Notes: a model not told the origin generated them from the sequence alone. A DNA stretch of 64,000 nucleotides from a virus (IMGVR_UViG_3300032893_002193:16058-80057); one strand, 5' to 3'. Numbered from the stretch's first letter, positions 1-10,232 are shown. Translations and numbers: made by a program.

Positions 1-1
1 C

Positions 2-310
2 CAACAGGTAACGGTCGTATTACAAACCCTTGATTCAAATGGAACTCGCGTAGATGGATATTCAACACCAATTGTTAATCGTATTATTATGCCTAATCTT
101 ACTTTATCGCCGGTATATCCTGTAGTTATGAGCAGACTTGACACCGGATTATATATTCATACATTTACATTACCGTCTGGAGCGTCATCTGTTGGTACAT
201 ATATTGTTGATATTTTTTGGACAGATGCTACCACAATGAAGACTAAAAATGAAATTTATCAGGTAATAGTAAAAGCGCCTTCTGGTCAGTTTAGCGCCTC
301 TCCTGCATAA
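2..310 (+). CDS. 5'-truncated virion structural protein (beta-sandwich, probably head/neck-associated)
   Basis: Frame is open from position 2 (QQVTVVLQTLDSNGTRVDGYSTP...) into the 89..310 ORF; the GxYxxxF...GxYxxxxxW pattern resembles the N-terminus of the next gene. Confidence 0.6.
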   Translation, partial: QQVTVVLQTLDSNGTRVDGYSTPIVNRIIMPNLTLSPVYPVVMSRLDTGLYIHTFTLPSGASSVGTYIVDIFWTDATTMKTKNEIYQVIVKAPSGQFSASPA

Positions 311-321
311 TATTTTTGTAT
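308..321 (+). promoter_or_regulatory. Variant of the putative late promoter motif (TAATATTTTTGTAT)
   Basis: Matches TAATA-N5-G(C/T)AT; 28 nt upstream of ATG 349. Confidence 0.4.
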
Positions 322-348
322 CTTATTATAGCGATATTGGAGATCTAA

Positions 349-1248
349 ATGGCCATAAAATCCAGGGGGCAGTTAATTGATGTGATGGATACAGTTCAAT
401 TAAGAATTGTTTTTAGGGATCAATTCGGCGCTCCTGCTAATTTAGATAGTTTTCCACAAATTACTATTACACAGCCATCAGGAAATATATTAACTGGGCC
501 AACAAGTGCGGGTGTATATCAGGTTTCCACTGGTACATATGGTTTTGATTATACTATCGGAATGGCTGGTCCTTATGGTGTTTGGGTAGATACTTGGGTA
601 GGATATCTCAATGGATTTAGAATGGAGGCGGCGTTTAATTTTGTCGTCTCGCATACAGATCAGCCTGCAATTAATTCTGATGGATATGTTTCAATTGGAG
701 ATGACCCCGGATTTAATTATTCTCAAACGGCAATTTTGAATTTAAATAAATTAATAAAAACACTAAAGGCCAGATTAAATAGCGGAGGAAAATCAAGAAG
801 TACTGATAAATACGGCAATGTGGATTATGTAGATTGTGATATTTATAGTGTTGAAATGTTAGCTACTTTTATAGCTGCATCATTATCGCAATTTAATGAA
901 GTCCCATATTTTACATTTTTTACTTTAGAAGACACGCAAATTATTAATCAGTTTCATAATATTTTTGTAGAAGGCGCTACACTAATGGCATTGGCTTCAC
1001 AATCATTAATAGAAAGAGGCAGAGAGTTTAACATAACTGATAACGGAATAACCTTTACTCCGCCTTCTATGAGCGAGCTCTTAAACACTCAATACGGCAC
1101 ACTATTAACTAATTATTATGATAAACTAAAATATATTAAGAACTCTATGCGCAGCAGTCCGCTTGGCCTTGGCACTCTTAAACCACTTACGGCAAATTCT
1201 CCATATATAATGAGATTGAGACATCTTAAAGAAAGACAGGTTATTTAA
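349..1248 (+). CDS. Putative head-tail adaptor/neck protein with N-terminal beta-sandwich domain
   Basis: Helical C-terminal half with adaptor-like layout (EGATLMALASQSLIE...FNITDNGITF); upstream of the tail module; GGAG RBS. Confidence 0.5.
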   Translation: MAIKSRGQLIDVMDTVQLRIVFRDQFGAPANLDSFPQITITQPSGNILTGPTSAGVYQVSTGTYGFDYTIGMAGPYGVWVDTWVGYLNGFRMEAAFNFVVSHTDQPAINSDGYVSIGDDPGFNYSQTAILNLNKLIKTLKARLNSGGKSRSTDKYGNVDYVDCDIYSVEMLATFIAASLSQFNEVPYFTFFTLEDTQIINQFHNIFVEGATLMALASQSLIERGREFNITDNGITFTPPSMSELLNTQYGTLLTNYYDKLKYIKNSMRSSPLGLGTLKPLTANSPYIMRLRHLKERQVI

Positions 1249-1250
1249 AA

Positions 1251-2174
1251 ATGAAGAAACAAGCCGGGATTATAGAACCTCCACATAAAATGCTGGATAC
1301 ATTATATCAATGGACGGCAAAGTACTTCGCCGGAATTATTTTATATAATTATCAAGAAAAATTAAAAACTGCTACAGAAAATGAAATTCCTTCTATAAGA
1401 GAGGTTATTCAAGAGGCATTAAGATTTACCAATGAAAAAATAAATACAAATTTTAATGAAGGCAAGAGGGGAACATCTCTGCGCTGGGAATTAGACGATT
1501 GGAAATATGCAGATGATAATAAGAAAAAAAGATTTAATGATTGGGTTAATGGTGGTTTGCTGAATAATTATGTTAAGGTAGTATTTATGACAAAAGACAT
1601 AAATGCTAGGGGAATTTATCAAGATGAGTTAAATGTCATTGTATTATTTTTTACTATACCGGAGTTATCGGGCGCGGCAAGTTTTCATTGGCATTTACTT
1701 CAGTGTTATAATACCGCAAAGCATGAATTAATCCATGCATCACAGTTTTTACTTTCCAGACTGCTTGGATTTGAGCCAACTGGTTCGAATATAATGGTTG
1801 GATTACCTGGGAAAAAGAACAAGGAATATGATCCATTAGGAAGACCATTCGGTGAAAATAAAGAAAGATTAAAACACGAATTGCACGATTTAGAGTTTTA
1901 TACCAACCTAACATCTTCTTTAGATGATTATAGGCAAGCGATAATTTTTGAGCCAACCACAGAATTGAAAAAAGAGTTAGCTAAAATGTGGGTTGGGGCT
2001 CCTAATAAATATTTAAAAATGAAAGAGGAAAGAAAAAAAGATCATCCAGGCGAAAGAAATCCGATTGTAATGAGAGCAATGCCTCCTTTTAAAACATTAA
2101 TATATTTAGATGATGATAAATATAAAAAAGCAGTCAAGTTGTTTATGATTGAAGTTGATAAGATGATATCCTAA
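1251..2174 (+). CDS. Zincin-like metallopeptidase domain protein
   Basis: HELIH (HExxH) with downstream Glu (HDLEFY) and preceding ARGIY strand. Confidence 0.6.
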   Translation: MKKQAGIIEPPHKMLDTLYQWTAKYFAGIILYNYQEKLKTATENEIPSIREVIQEALRFTNEKINTNFNEGKRGTSLRWELDDWKYADDNKKKRFNDWVNGGLLNNYVKVVFMTKDINARGIYQDELNVIVLFFTIPELSGAASFHWHLLQCYNTAKHELIHASQFLLSRLLGFEPTGSNIMVGLPGKKNKEYDPLGRPFGENKERLKHELHDLEFYTNLTSSLDDYRQAIIFEPTTELKKELAKMWVGAPNKYLKMKEERKKDHPGERNPIVMRAMPPFKTLIYLDDDKYKKAVKLFMIEVDKMIS

Positions 2175-2185
2175 TATTTTGGCAT
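2172..2185 (+). promoter_or_regulatory. Putative late promoter motif TAATATTTTGGCAT
   Basis: Identical 14-mer at 34887, one mismatch at 5621; 15 nt before ATG 2200. Confidence 0.6.
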
Positions 2186-2199
2186 AATTTTGAGTTATT

Positions 2200-2718
2200 A
2201 TGCATAAAAAATATACCATAGAGCAAGTGAAAAAGATTAGCCCCTCTGTCTTATTAAAACTAATACAGAAAGCTAAAGATTTTGTTAAAAAAACAGAAGC
2301 TTTTACAGAGATGTGCGAAGATTTTGATGTAAAGCCGGATATTATAGATTTGATACCGGTTAAATTTGATGATTTAGAGGTTTCTGCTAGAACAGAAAAA
2401 GGAATAATTATTTTAAATTATAAACTTTTATGTGATGGAGATTTTTTTAAAGATTATATGTATTTATGTCATGAGGCCAGACACTATTTGCAGCAATGTT
2501 ATAACGAAAAGCCTACAAGAGCTGCCACAGATGATGACTATCTTGATAATAAAGATGAGGTTGATGCATTTAAAACTCAGGTTGGATATATCGATGAAAT
2601 CTTTGGTGATGATGAGGCAGAAAAATATGTTGATCATCTAACCAAATATCACGGATTGAAGGGCAGTGAAAAAGAAGAAAAAGAAGAAGAGCTGTTGGAG
2701 AAAGTAAATGAAGATTAA
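2200..2718 (+). CDS. Small zincin-like metallopeptidase
   Basis: HEARH (HExxH) followed by YLDNKDEVDAF (third-ligand Glu, ExxA). Confidence 0.65.
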   Translation: MHKKYTIEQVKKISPSVLLKLIQKAKDFVKKTEAFTEMCEDFDVKPDIIDLIPVKFDDLEVSARTEKGIIILNYKLLCDGDFFKDYMYLCHEARHYLQQCYNEKPTRAATDDDYLDNKDEVDAFKTQVGYIDEIFGDDEAEKYVDHLTKYHGLKGSEKEEKEEELLEKVNED

Positions 2719-5623
2719 AATTGCTCAAAATACCCTTCTTGATGAGGCTCTTAATAGGCTATTAGATAGCTATCATAAACAATTATCTTTATTTCAAAAG
2801 GGATATGGGGGCAGACCGGCTCAAGAAAATATAGAACCTCCAAAAAAAGAACCGGAACCATATAAATTAGAATATCCAGAACTTTCACAAGAGCAGCTTA
2901 AAAGCAGAAAATTAACAACAGAAGAAATTGAGGAAAGTCAGAAAGAATTAGAAGAAATTAAAGATAGAAAATATTGGGAATTTGAAAGAAAAAAAGAAAT
3001 AGAAGAACAATTAGAATTAAACAAAAGATTAGGTGTAGAAGAAATTATTAAGAAAGAAATAATAAAAAAATATAATGAATTAAGAAATAAAAGCATAGAG
3101 TTTTATAAAGCCTATCAAGAAGCAAACGATCTGTGCGAAGAAGCCCCAGTAATTGACATTAATTTTGATACTGCAACATATATAGAAGTTTTTAAAACGC
3201 TTCCCGATGTAATAGAAACGGCTGCCAAAAATAATATAGGTTATTTATTTGGATTAATTAAAAGCCAAACAAGATCTGGAAGATATGGCGGAGGGTTTCC
3301 TAACGATAGATATAGGCTTGATAAATTAGTAAATTTTATTAATAAAGAAAAACTGAATATTTTTAATATTACTCCGGCTAATTTTAAAGATACGATTGAT
3401 AAGATGTCTCAAATCATATCTATAATGGATGGAATATTATTAGAATACAATAAAAGGAAAAAATTATTATTATATTTAAAAAAGAATGTAAAACAAAACA
3501 TTGATAATTTTTTGTCTGATCCAGAAACAATTAAATTTTTATCTTGGATGGATGAATATTATAAGGATGAAAAACAAGAGATATTTGAAACCTATTTAAA
3601 TAAATTTTCTTCTGGGGACACAGATGTTATTCTAAATTTAAAAACATATAAATCTATCTACGAATCCATATCTAATAAATTTAAATATTCTCTTAAAGAT
3701 CTAAGAGAAGAGAAAGAGTATGAGATAGAAAAAGTTATATTTGAAGAATTAGAATTAATAACCAATGAGTATTTAAAACATCTTCGATCAAATATACTTC
3801 CGATGTGTTCGGTTGACAATATCGATCCATTATTTAAATATTTGCAAAAAGAAAATATTATGGATTTAAAATCAATTTTTTATTTCATAAAAAATTGTGT
3901 TAATCGAGAAGTTTCTGATTTTTTAAAAGATAAGGATAATGAGAAAAAACAAGCAAGAATAAAAGAAGTAATTGATGACTTTATACTTCACTTTATTAAT
4001 GATATTTCGAAAAAAAAATTAAGTTTATATAAAAATACCCTTGTTTTATTGCTTCCTAAAAACATATCATTAATCGATCTTGCTTCAAAAATGACAAAAA
4101 AAGATATTTATGAAATGAGTAAGAAAGTAATTAGAGAATTTGTCTTAAAGTGTATACCGAGAATGGAGACTGGACATGGCTTTTCCTTGGAGGCAGATTA
4201 CACCGGATACTTACCACCAATATCTGCTATAAATAATCTTTTAAATAATACTGGAAAAATTTCTATAGAAGCTATTACCAATCATTGTTTAGAAAAAAAT
4301 CCAAGTATACCAAGAGATTTTTGCGCCGCTCTTGTTAAAAATATTATTAATAGTGGTAGAAATTTAGAAATTTTAGAAAAAATGGGCAACTATGAAGAGC
4401 CTGGTTTTAAATTTATATTAGAGTTTCTTAAAAAAAATAATAAATATGATACTAATAATTTTATTAACTTTGTCATAAATAATGGTTCTAAAGCTAATTA
4501 TTTATTATATAGTATTGTTAGAGAAATGGGATTAAGTTATGATGAGGCGGTTGAAGTGGCTGTCTCCGGCATCAGAAAAATAGAAACTTTTGATAAAGAT
4601 CAGTCAAATTTAATTGATGCCGTTCGAGAATTACACAATTCTGTTAGCGGTGTTGGAACAAAAGCAATAATTAATATATTGAAAAATAGAAATTTTAATA
4701 ATTTTAATAACACCGGAATAGTAAAAAAATTAATTATTGCATATGCTCAACTTATGAAAGAGGGGGGGATAAAAGGAATTGAACAAAAATTCGGATCGTT
4801 ATTATTAGAGTTTAAGCGAAGAGGATATATTAGCAAAGATTTTTCTAAAAATGCTAAATTAATTCAAAAATTTTTCGAATCAAATGAAGTAATTAATCCA
4901 TCAAGCACATTATTTTCAGAAATTTTTCAGGCGACAACCAAATTTGAAACAGATTTATCATTTTTACAAATGGGTGATGCTTTAATTGAATTAACCAAAG
5001 ATTATCAGGTTAAAGATAAAAATTTATTTAAATTAAATCATTCTATGTCAGATAATTTAAGATTTTCCGTATTAAAAGATAAAGATCCAAGAATTTTAAG
5101 GGTAGGAATAGAAACCAATTGTTGTCAGCGAATTGGTGGTGTTGGCGAAGCTGCAGCCAGAGACTCCTTTATGAACCCGCTTTCTAGCGTTTTAATATTA
5201 GAGTGGAAGGATAACGAGGGCAAATGGAGAATATTGACTCAAAGCTATTTTCATTATGTGCCAAAAGATAATGGATTTATTCTTGATAACATTGAATATA
5301 ATCGAGAAAATGTTCGAGAAAGCGGTGTAGATTTAGATAGGATTTATGCCGAATATGCAAATTCAATGAAAGATAAATTAAAATTATCTTATTTTTTGGC
5401 AGGAAAGGGATATTCAAAAATAAATCCTGACAATTTTAAAACATATGTAATTACCGGAGGAGATCCGAGATATTTTGATCCAAGGGCGACAAAAAATAAT
5501 GAATATACTGATTTTAACCCCAGAGGCTCCATAGATTTGCTTTCTCCTAAATTTGAAATTAAAAAGAAAGCATTTATTCAAAATTTAAGAATGGTGATTT
5601 TTGGCGCCCCGATTTTCACTTAA
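2708..5623 (+). CDS. Large Lys/Glu-rich protein with conserved-looking C-terminal enzymatic domain (possibly PcfJ/GNAT-like)
   Basis: 971-aa ORF; C-terminal GIETNCCQRIGGVG...ILTQSYF...FILDNIE; family assigned from memory only. Confidence 0.4.
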   Translation: MKIKIAQNTLLDEALNRLLDSYHKQLSLFQKGYGGRPAQENIEPPKKEPEPYKLEYPELSQEQLKSRKLTTEEIEESQKELEEIKDRKYWEFERKKEIEEQLELNKRLGVEEIIKKEIIKKYNELRNKSIEFYKAYQEANDLCEEAPVIDINFDTATYIEVFKTLPDVIETAAKNNIGYLFGLIKSQTRSGRYGGGFPNDRYRLDKLVNFINKEKLNIFNITPANFKDTIDKMSQIISIMDGILLEYNKRKKLLLYLKKNVKQNIDNFLSDPETIKFLSWMDEYYKDEKQEIFETYLNKFSSGDTDVILNLKTYKSIYESISNKFKYSLKDLREEKEYEIEKVIFEELELITNEYLKHLRSNILPMCSVDNIDPLFKYLQKENIMDLKSIFYFIKNCVNREVSDFLKDKDNEKKQARIKEVIDDFILHFINDISKKKLSLYKNTLVLLLPKNISLIDLASKMTKKDIYEMSKKVIREFVLKCIPRMETGHGFSLEADYTGYLPPISAINNLLNNTGKISIEAITNHCLEKNPSIPRDFCAALVKNIINSGRNLEILEKMGNYEEPGFKFILEFLKKNNKYDTNNFINFVINNGSKANYLLYSIVREMGLSYDEAVEVAVSGIRKIETFDKDQSNLIDAVRELHNSVSGVGTKAIINILKNRNFNNFNNTGIVKKLIIAYAQLMKEGGIKGIEQKFGSLLLEFKRRGYISKDFSKNAKLIQKFFESNEVINPSSTLFSEIFQATTKFETDLSFLQMGDALIELTKDYQVKDKNLFKLNHSMSDNLRFSVLKDKDPRILRVGIETNCCQRIGGVGEAAARDSFMNPLSSVLILEWKDNEGKWRILTQSYFHYVPKDNGFILDNIEYNRENVRESGVDLDRIYAEYANSMKDKLKLSYFLAGKGYSKINPDNFKTYVITGGDPRYFDPRATKNNEYTDFNPRGSIDLLSPKFEIKKKAFIQNLRMVIFGAPIFT

Positions 5624-5634
5624 TATTTCGGCAT
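5621..5634 (+). promoter_or_regulatory. Putative late promoter motif TAATATTTCGGCAT
   Basis: One mismatch to the copies at 2172 and 34887; 10 nt before ATG 5644. Confidence 0.6.
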
Positions 5635-5643
5635 TTTTAAGTA

Positions 5644-7254
5644 ATGCCATATTATTTAAATAATACCAACGAAGGCTTAAAAAAAACAACAAGTCTTGGG
5701 GACGGATCCTCAATTAAACTTGATTGGTATTCTGCTTATCCCAGTAATAGATCTAATAAAATTGCCTATAATATATATGTTGATACAAATCCAATTACCT
5801 TTGAAGATAATTTTTTTAATAAAACGCCAGTATTTATTTCTGTCGGAGGGGCAACAAGCGCAACTATAACCGGATTAACTCCAGGCGTTTTGTATCATTT
5901 TGGTGTAAGGGCAGTAGAATATGATCCGAGCAGCGTAGATTTTAGCAAGCTTCCTCAACAAAATGGAATATATATTTATCCATCATCATTATTGAGATCG
6001 AGTATTACCGCTACCAGTTCTATAATACCACTTGCCGATGCAGAGTTTTTTCCTAATCACGGTGTTATAAAAATAGGGGTTGAATTAATTTATTATTCTT
6101 CTGTTGATTATGTTAATAATAATTTGTTGCTAAATAATCCTACTATTCAAAGGGGATATAATGGCACAACTGCAACATTTCATACTACAGATGGATATGA
6201 TGGATACACATACTGGGACCCATCTGTAATATTTTATCCAATTGATTCTGAAGAGCAAAATACGGTTGTCTTTGAATGTCAGAATAGGTTTGATGTTGGC
6301 AATTATTCTTTTACTTTAATTGACGGATATCATCAAAAAACAAAAGATATATTAAATACTGATTTATCTGGAAGTGATGCTGGGAATGTGAATTTTCCAT
6401 CGTATGATTATAGCGGATATCATAGAACAGATCCGACGCTATTATTCTCTGGAGCTTGTGTTGGTAGCTATATCGGCGGAGAGTATTATTGTGCAGACGG
6501 ATATAGCGGCGTAGGTAGAAAGTTACGCGGACTCAATTTACAAAATATTAATGATCAAAGACAAGAGCAGTTATTATTGTTAACTGGAGAACCTTGTTGC
6601 ATTATAAGAAGAAATTTTACAGGCATAACTTGTGATTGTTATATTCCTGGACGAGAATATCCCGAAAGCAGGTGCGAAAGCTGCTTCGGCACAGGTCAGG
6701 TAGTGGGCTATATTCAGCTTTTTAATTTTGGACGACGAAGTGATTTAAGGTTTTTAATTAGATTTAGTCCGGCAGACGATCAGGTTAAAATGTTAGATAC
6801 CGGATTAGAGAGTGAATTAAATGTTTCTGCTTGGACCTTAACATATCCATCAATACATTCTCGTGATGTTATTTGTAGATTCGATGAAAATGGCAACGAT
6901 GAATTTAGATATGAAGTAATTTCTGTTAATAGAAATAAGATGATGTTTAGTCTTTCTGGCGGACAACATATGAGTTTGCAAAGAATTAGAAAAACAGATC
7001 CTATTTATCAGGTTCCAGTTTTACGAGATGGTTCTGACTTTCCACAATCTATTAATACTTCAGTTGGTTCTGCTATACCGGCAATTGCTCCACATATCCA
7101 TGAAATAGTTATTAATGAAAAATATCCACAGTTACTTCCGCAGCTCACATCTGTAAATGCCGGTCATAACCACGCAATATCTTATGATAAAAATAGCGGA
7201 ACAATAACCCTATTGCCAGAATTAGGACATTCGCATACTATTGTATATCCTTAA
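5644..7254 (+). CDS. Putative neck/head-closure protein with N-terminal FN3-like domain, Zn finger and His-rich tail
   Basis: FN3 signature (LDW...YNIY...ITGLTPGVLYHFGVRA); CDC...RCESCFGTG; C-terminal HIH/HNH/HSH. Confidence 0.55.
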   Translation: MPYYLNNTNEGLKKTTSLGDGSSIKLDWYSAYPSNRSNKIAYNIYVDTNPITFEDNFFNKTPVFISVGGATSATITGLTPGVLYHFGVRAVEYDPSSVDFSKLPQQNGIYIYPSSLLRSSITATSSIIPLADAEFFPNHGVIKIGVELIYYSSVDYVNNNLLLNNPTIQRGYNGTTATFHTTDGYDGYTYWDPSVIFYPIDSEEQNTVVFECQNRFDVGNYSFTLIDGYHQKTKDILNTDLSGSDAGNVNFPSYDYSGYHRTDPTLLFSGACVGSYIGGEYYCADGYSGVGRKLRGLNLQNINDQRQEQLLLLTGEPCCIIRRNFTGITCDCYIPGREYPESRCESCFGTGQVVGYIQLFNFGRRSDLRFLIRFSPADDQVKMLDTGLESELNVSAWTLTYPSIHSRDVICRFDENGNDEFRYEVISVNRNKMMFSLSGGQHMSLQRIRKTDPIYQVPVLRDGSDFPQSINTSVGSAIPAIAPHIHEIVINEKYPQLLPQLTSVNAGHNHAISYDKNSGTITLLPELGHSHTIVYP

Positions 7255-7263
7255 GGAGATTTT

Positions 7264-9729
7264 ATGTCGCTGAATTATAAACCCGGAGTAGGAAGAATAA
7301 CAACAAATAGATATGATTTTCAAGATCATATTACAGGCGCTAATTTTAGACATAATGCCAGCTCTATAGATATTATTCCGTCATTACAAATTTCTGGTAT
7401 TAGCTACACTACAGTTTATGATTTTTTAAATGCAGCCAGCCATGTAATATCATCGATGCCTTCATTGGTATATGTCAATGTTAAAGATTATGGTGCAGTT
7501 GGTAATGGTGTCGCAAATGATACCAGTGCTTTTAATTCGGCCTATTTAGCACTATCTTCTTCAGGCGGAACTATGTATGTTCCTCCGGGTACATATTATA
7601 TTTCTTCTTCACTGGCATTTACAAAACCAGTTCATATGATTTTAGATCATGCCAAATTGTCTTCTGTGGGTAGTGGTATTAATTATATAATTTCTACAAC
7701 TAAAAATCTAAAAATTGTTGGAAATGATTTTTATAGCTGTGGATTTTCTCCAGATACGGCAAAAACAGCTATTAAGTTAATTGATGGTTGGTTTAGCTCA
7801 GCTCCAGAAGGTGAGCCTTATGTTACTATAGATTCATGTGGTTTTAATTCGGGTTCAAATGTCATAGATTGTTCAACTGTATCGACATTTTCTGGCGGTC
7901 TTTTTAGAATTCATAATTGTTCGTTCTTTGAATCTGCGGGAATTTGTATAGTATTGCCTAATAGCTTTTTTTACTCTAAAATAGATGATACTCAATTTGT
8001 TTCTTGTTATAGTATAGCAACTATAGGCTCTAATACAGAAACTATTTTTTCACATTGCAGTATAGAAGGAAGTTCTTCGGCTCCGGGTATTACATTAAAC
8101 GGCCCTCATCATTTAATGTTTGATAGATGTGAATTTTATGGAAGCGTTAATGATGCATATCCAGATTTATTAATTTCTGCCACATCTAATTTGTCAACCG
8201 GATGGACATATATAGAAAACTGTAAATTTGGAGGAGAAAGAGAATATTGGTTGAATTCCTCTAGAAATAGAATTCAGGTATATAATGTTTCGTCTCCCTC
8301 TAATCTTGCTAACAGAATAGTAATAAAGAATAATGAATTTTTTGGACCAGCATTATTACAGTTAAATAGTATAGGAAGAAGTGCTGGTACAGCTACGGCT
8401 ACAGTTCAATGTAATAGTACTGCCGGTCATGGTCTTCAGGCCGGAGATAAAATAGTAATAGTTCAGGTATCAAACGGAACTTTCTGCGGAGAGCACGTTG
8501 TGACTGCAGTTGGCGCTCCAGGAATTACCCAAACTGTTAGCTGGGCAGATAGCGGATCTTCTGTATCACAAAGCAATCTCGGTGGATACATAGGGGTTTT
8601 GTCAAATTCAGCTATAAGTCTAAAAAGCGGAATAGCTAATAGTATTATTGAGGGAAATTATTTCTATAATTATGGATATGCTGTTGATGATTCTTTCGTA
8701 AATACGGCAGATGCTAGAGATGGTTCCGGTCAAAATATATGGAGAGACAATAGATTATTTGGACCAATAGGATTTAGATGCTATGATTTTACCAGTGGCG
8801 CCGGAAATTCTTTTCAAAGAGTCGAGTCAGAAACGACAAGCCCACTTAGAAGTATTTCTAGCAACTCTCTAAAAAATGAAAGCAGACAAATTCAAAATAG
8901 ACTTCCATATAGCGATGCATTTAATAGTTGGAGTAATGCGGGAATTACCGTAACTACTGGACAATCAGATCCTTTCGGTGGAACTGCGGCCTGTAAATTA
9001 GCAAGAAGTGGCACAAATTCAGTATTTACCTCCTATCCATATACAACAATCAATGAGGGTATTTATACTACTATAGATTTAACAAGCGTTGGAAATGTAT
9101 TATATTTTAGATTTTGGGCAAAATCAGGGTCCGCAACCAGTATGATGTTATTGGTAATAGATTCTGCCGGATATGCTAAAGAATCTACAAATATAAAACT
9201 GCATTCTACCTGGGAAGAATATGAATATCGAGTTCCAATTACCAGTTATACGGGTTCATTGACATTATTGCTTGTTCCTGGTGCCCTCGATGCACAGCTT
9301 GGCGATACATATATTTATCGTATTGGATGTCATGACTATCCAAATCAGCCGGTAGTTTATGCCAATGGAACCGGTTATTCTATCGATACTACTACTGGTA
9401 CCGTTTTAAATAGAAACGCGGTATTTAATGGTAAAATTAGTGTACTTGGTGGACAATTTGATTCATTTAAGAGCGTTTCAACAAGCTATTCTATAGATAG
9501 TGGGCCTCAACTTGATAAACAAATTCAGGTTACCTCCGGCGTTACTGTGACCCTTCCCAATCCACTAAATAATGCCGGAAGAGTGTTAGAGATTTGGGCA
9601 ACTTCAGCGGCTGCTACCTTGGCCAGATATGGGTCTGAACATATCAATGGAGCCTCTTCTAATCTTACATTAACTCAATATAAAGTATATGAAGTTAGGT
9701 GTAATGGAACAGACTGGTTTACGAATTAA
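7264..9729 (+). CDS. Tailspike/fibre with pectate-lyase-like beta-helix (putative depolymerase)
   Basis: VNVKDYGAVGNGVANDTSAF...YVPPGTY signature, beta-helix repeats (IHNCSF, IENCKF, IEGNYF), CBM-like region, typical C-terminal fibre domain (VTVTLP...CNGTDW). Confidence 0.8.
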   Translation: MSLNYKPGVGRITTNRYDFQDHITGANFRHNASSIDIIPSLQISGISYTTVYDFLNAASHVISSMPSLVYVNVKDYGAVGNGVANDTSAFNSAYLALSSSGGTMYVPPGTYYISSSLAFTKPVHMILDHAKLSSVGSGINYIISTTKNLKIVGNDFYSCGFSPDTAKTAIKLIDGWFSSAPEGEPYVTIDSCGFNSGSNVIDCSTVSTFSGGLFRIHNCSFFESAGICIVLPNSFFYSKIDDTQFVSCYSIATIGSNTETIFSHCSIEGSSSAPGITLNGPHHLMFDRCEFYGSVNDAYPDLLISATSNLSTGWTYIENCKFGGEREYWLNSSRNRIQVYNVSSPSNLANRIVIKNNEFFGPALLQLNSIGRSAGTATATVQCNSTAGHGLQAGDKIVIVQVSNGTFCGEHVVTAVGAPGITQTVSWADSGSSVSQSNLGGYIGVLSNSAISLKSGIANSIIEGNYFYNYGYAVDDSFVNTADARDGSGQNIWRDNRLFGPIGFRCYDFTSGAGNSFQRVESETTSPLRSISSNSLKNESRQIQNRLPYSDAFNSWSNAGITVTTGQSDPFGGTAACKLARSGTNSVFTSYPYTTINEGIYTTIDLTSVGNVLYFRFWAKSGSATSMMLLVIDSAGYAKESTNIKLHSTWEEYEYRVPITSYTGSLTLLLVPGALDAQLGDTYIYRIGCHDYPNQPVVYANGTGYSIDTTTGTVLNRNAVFNGKISVLGGQFDSFKSVSTSYSIDSGPQLDKQIQVTSGVTVTLPNPLNNAGRVLEIWATSAAATLARYGSEHINGASSNLTLTQYKVYEVRCNGTDWFTN

Positions 9730-9757
9730 TATTCGCTCATAAATTAGCTTATCTTGA

Positions 9758-9771
9758 GCATATATTTGCAT
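9758..9771 (+). promoter_or_regulatory. Putative late promoter motif (GCATATATTTGCAT)
   Basis: ATA-N5-GCAT core; 18 nt upstream of the holin ATG. Confidence 0.4.
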
Positions 9772-9788
9772 ATCTTAAGAGGTGCAAG

Positions 9789-10178
9789 ATGGATAACGCA
9801 TTATCTGCTTTACTGAGCACGGAATTTATCTTCTTTTGTTTAATGATTTCTGGTGTCACTTATGTTTTGAGAGTAGTGGTAGAATATTTTTCTCCAAAAC
9901 TATATAACTCAAAAGCTTGGAATGATTTGATTATGCCCATTATGCCAATTCTATTAGGCGCTACTGTTGGGGTTTTTGCAAAATTATATCCATATCCTAC
10001 TGGAGTTGGCAGCGCCCTGTCTTCTCGGGTTATATTTGGTTTTGCCGGTGGATTACTCGGATCTCAAATTTATCGTTTTATAAAGACTGCAATTAATTTG
10101 AGAATAGGAACAAAAGATGATTGCGATAATGATGAACGGCCGGCTCCATTACATCCTCCGTCTCCTCCAAATCCTTAA
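9789..10178 (+). CDS. Putative holin
   Basis: 129 aa, three hydrophobic segments, charged and Pro-rich C-terminus; GAGG RBS. Confidence 0.6.
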   Translation: MDNALSALLSTEFIFFCLMISGVTYVLRVVVEYFSPKLYNSKAWNDLIMPIMPILLGATVGVFAKLYPYPTGVGSALSSRVIFGFAGGLLGSQIYRFIKTAINLRIGTKDDCDNDERPAPLHPPSPPNP

Positions 10179-10232
10179 TAGCGATAAAAACGCATTAATA
10201 TGTAAATAAAAAGATGCCTTCCAAGGAAGAGA

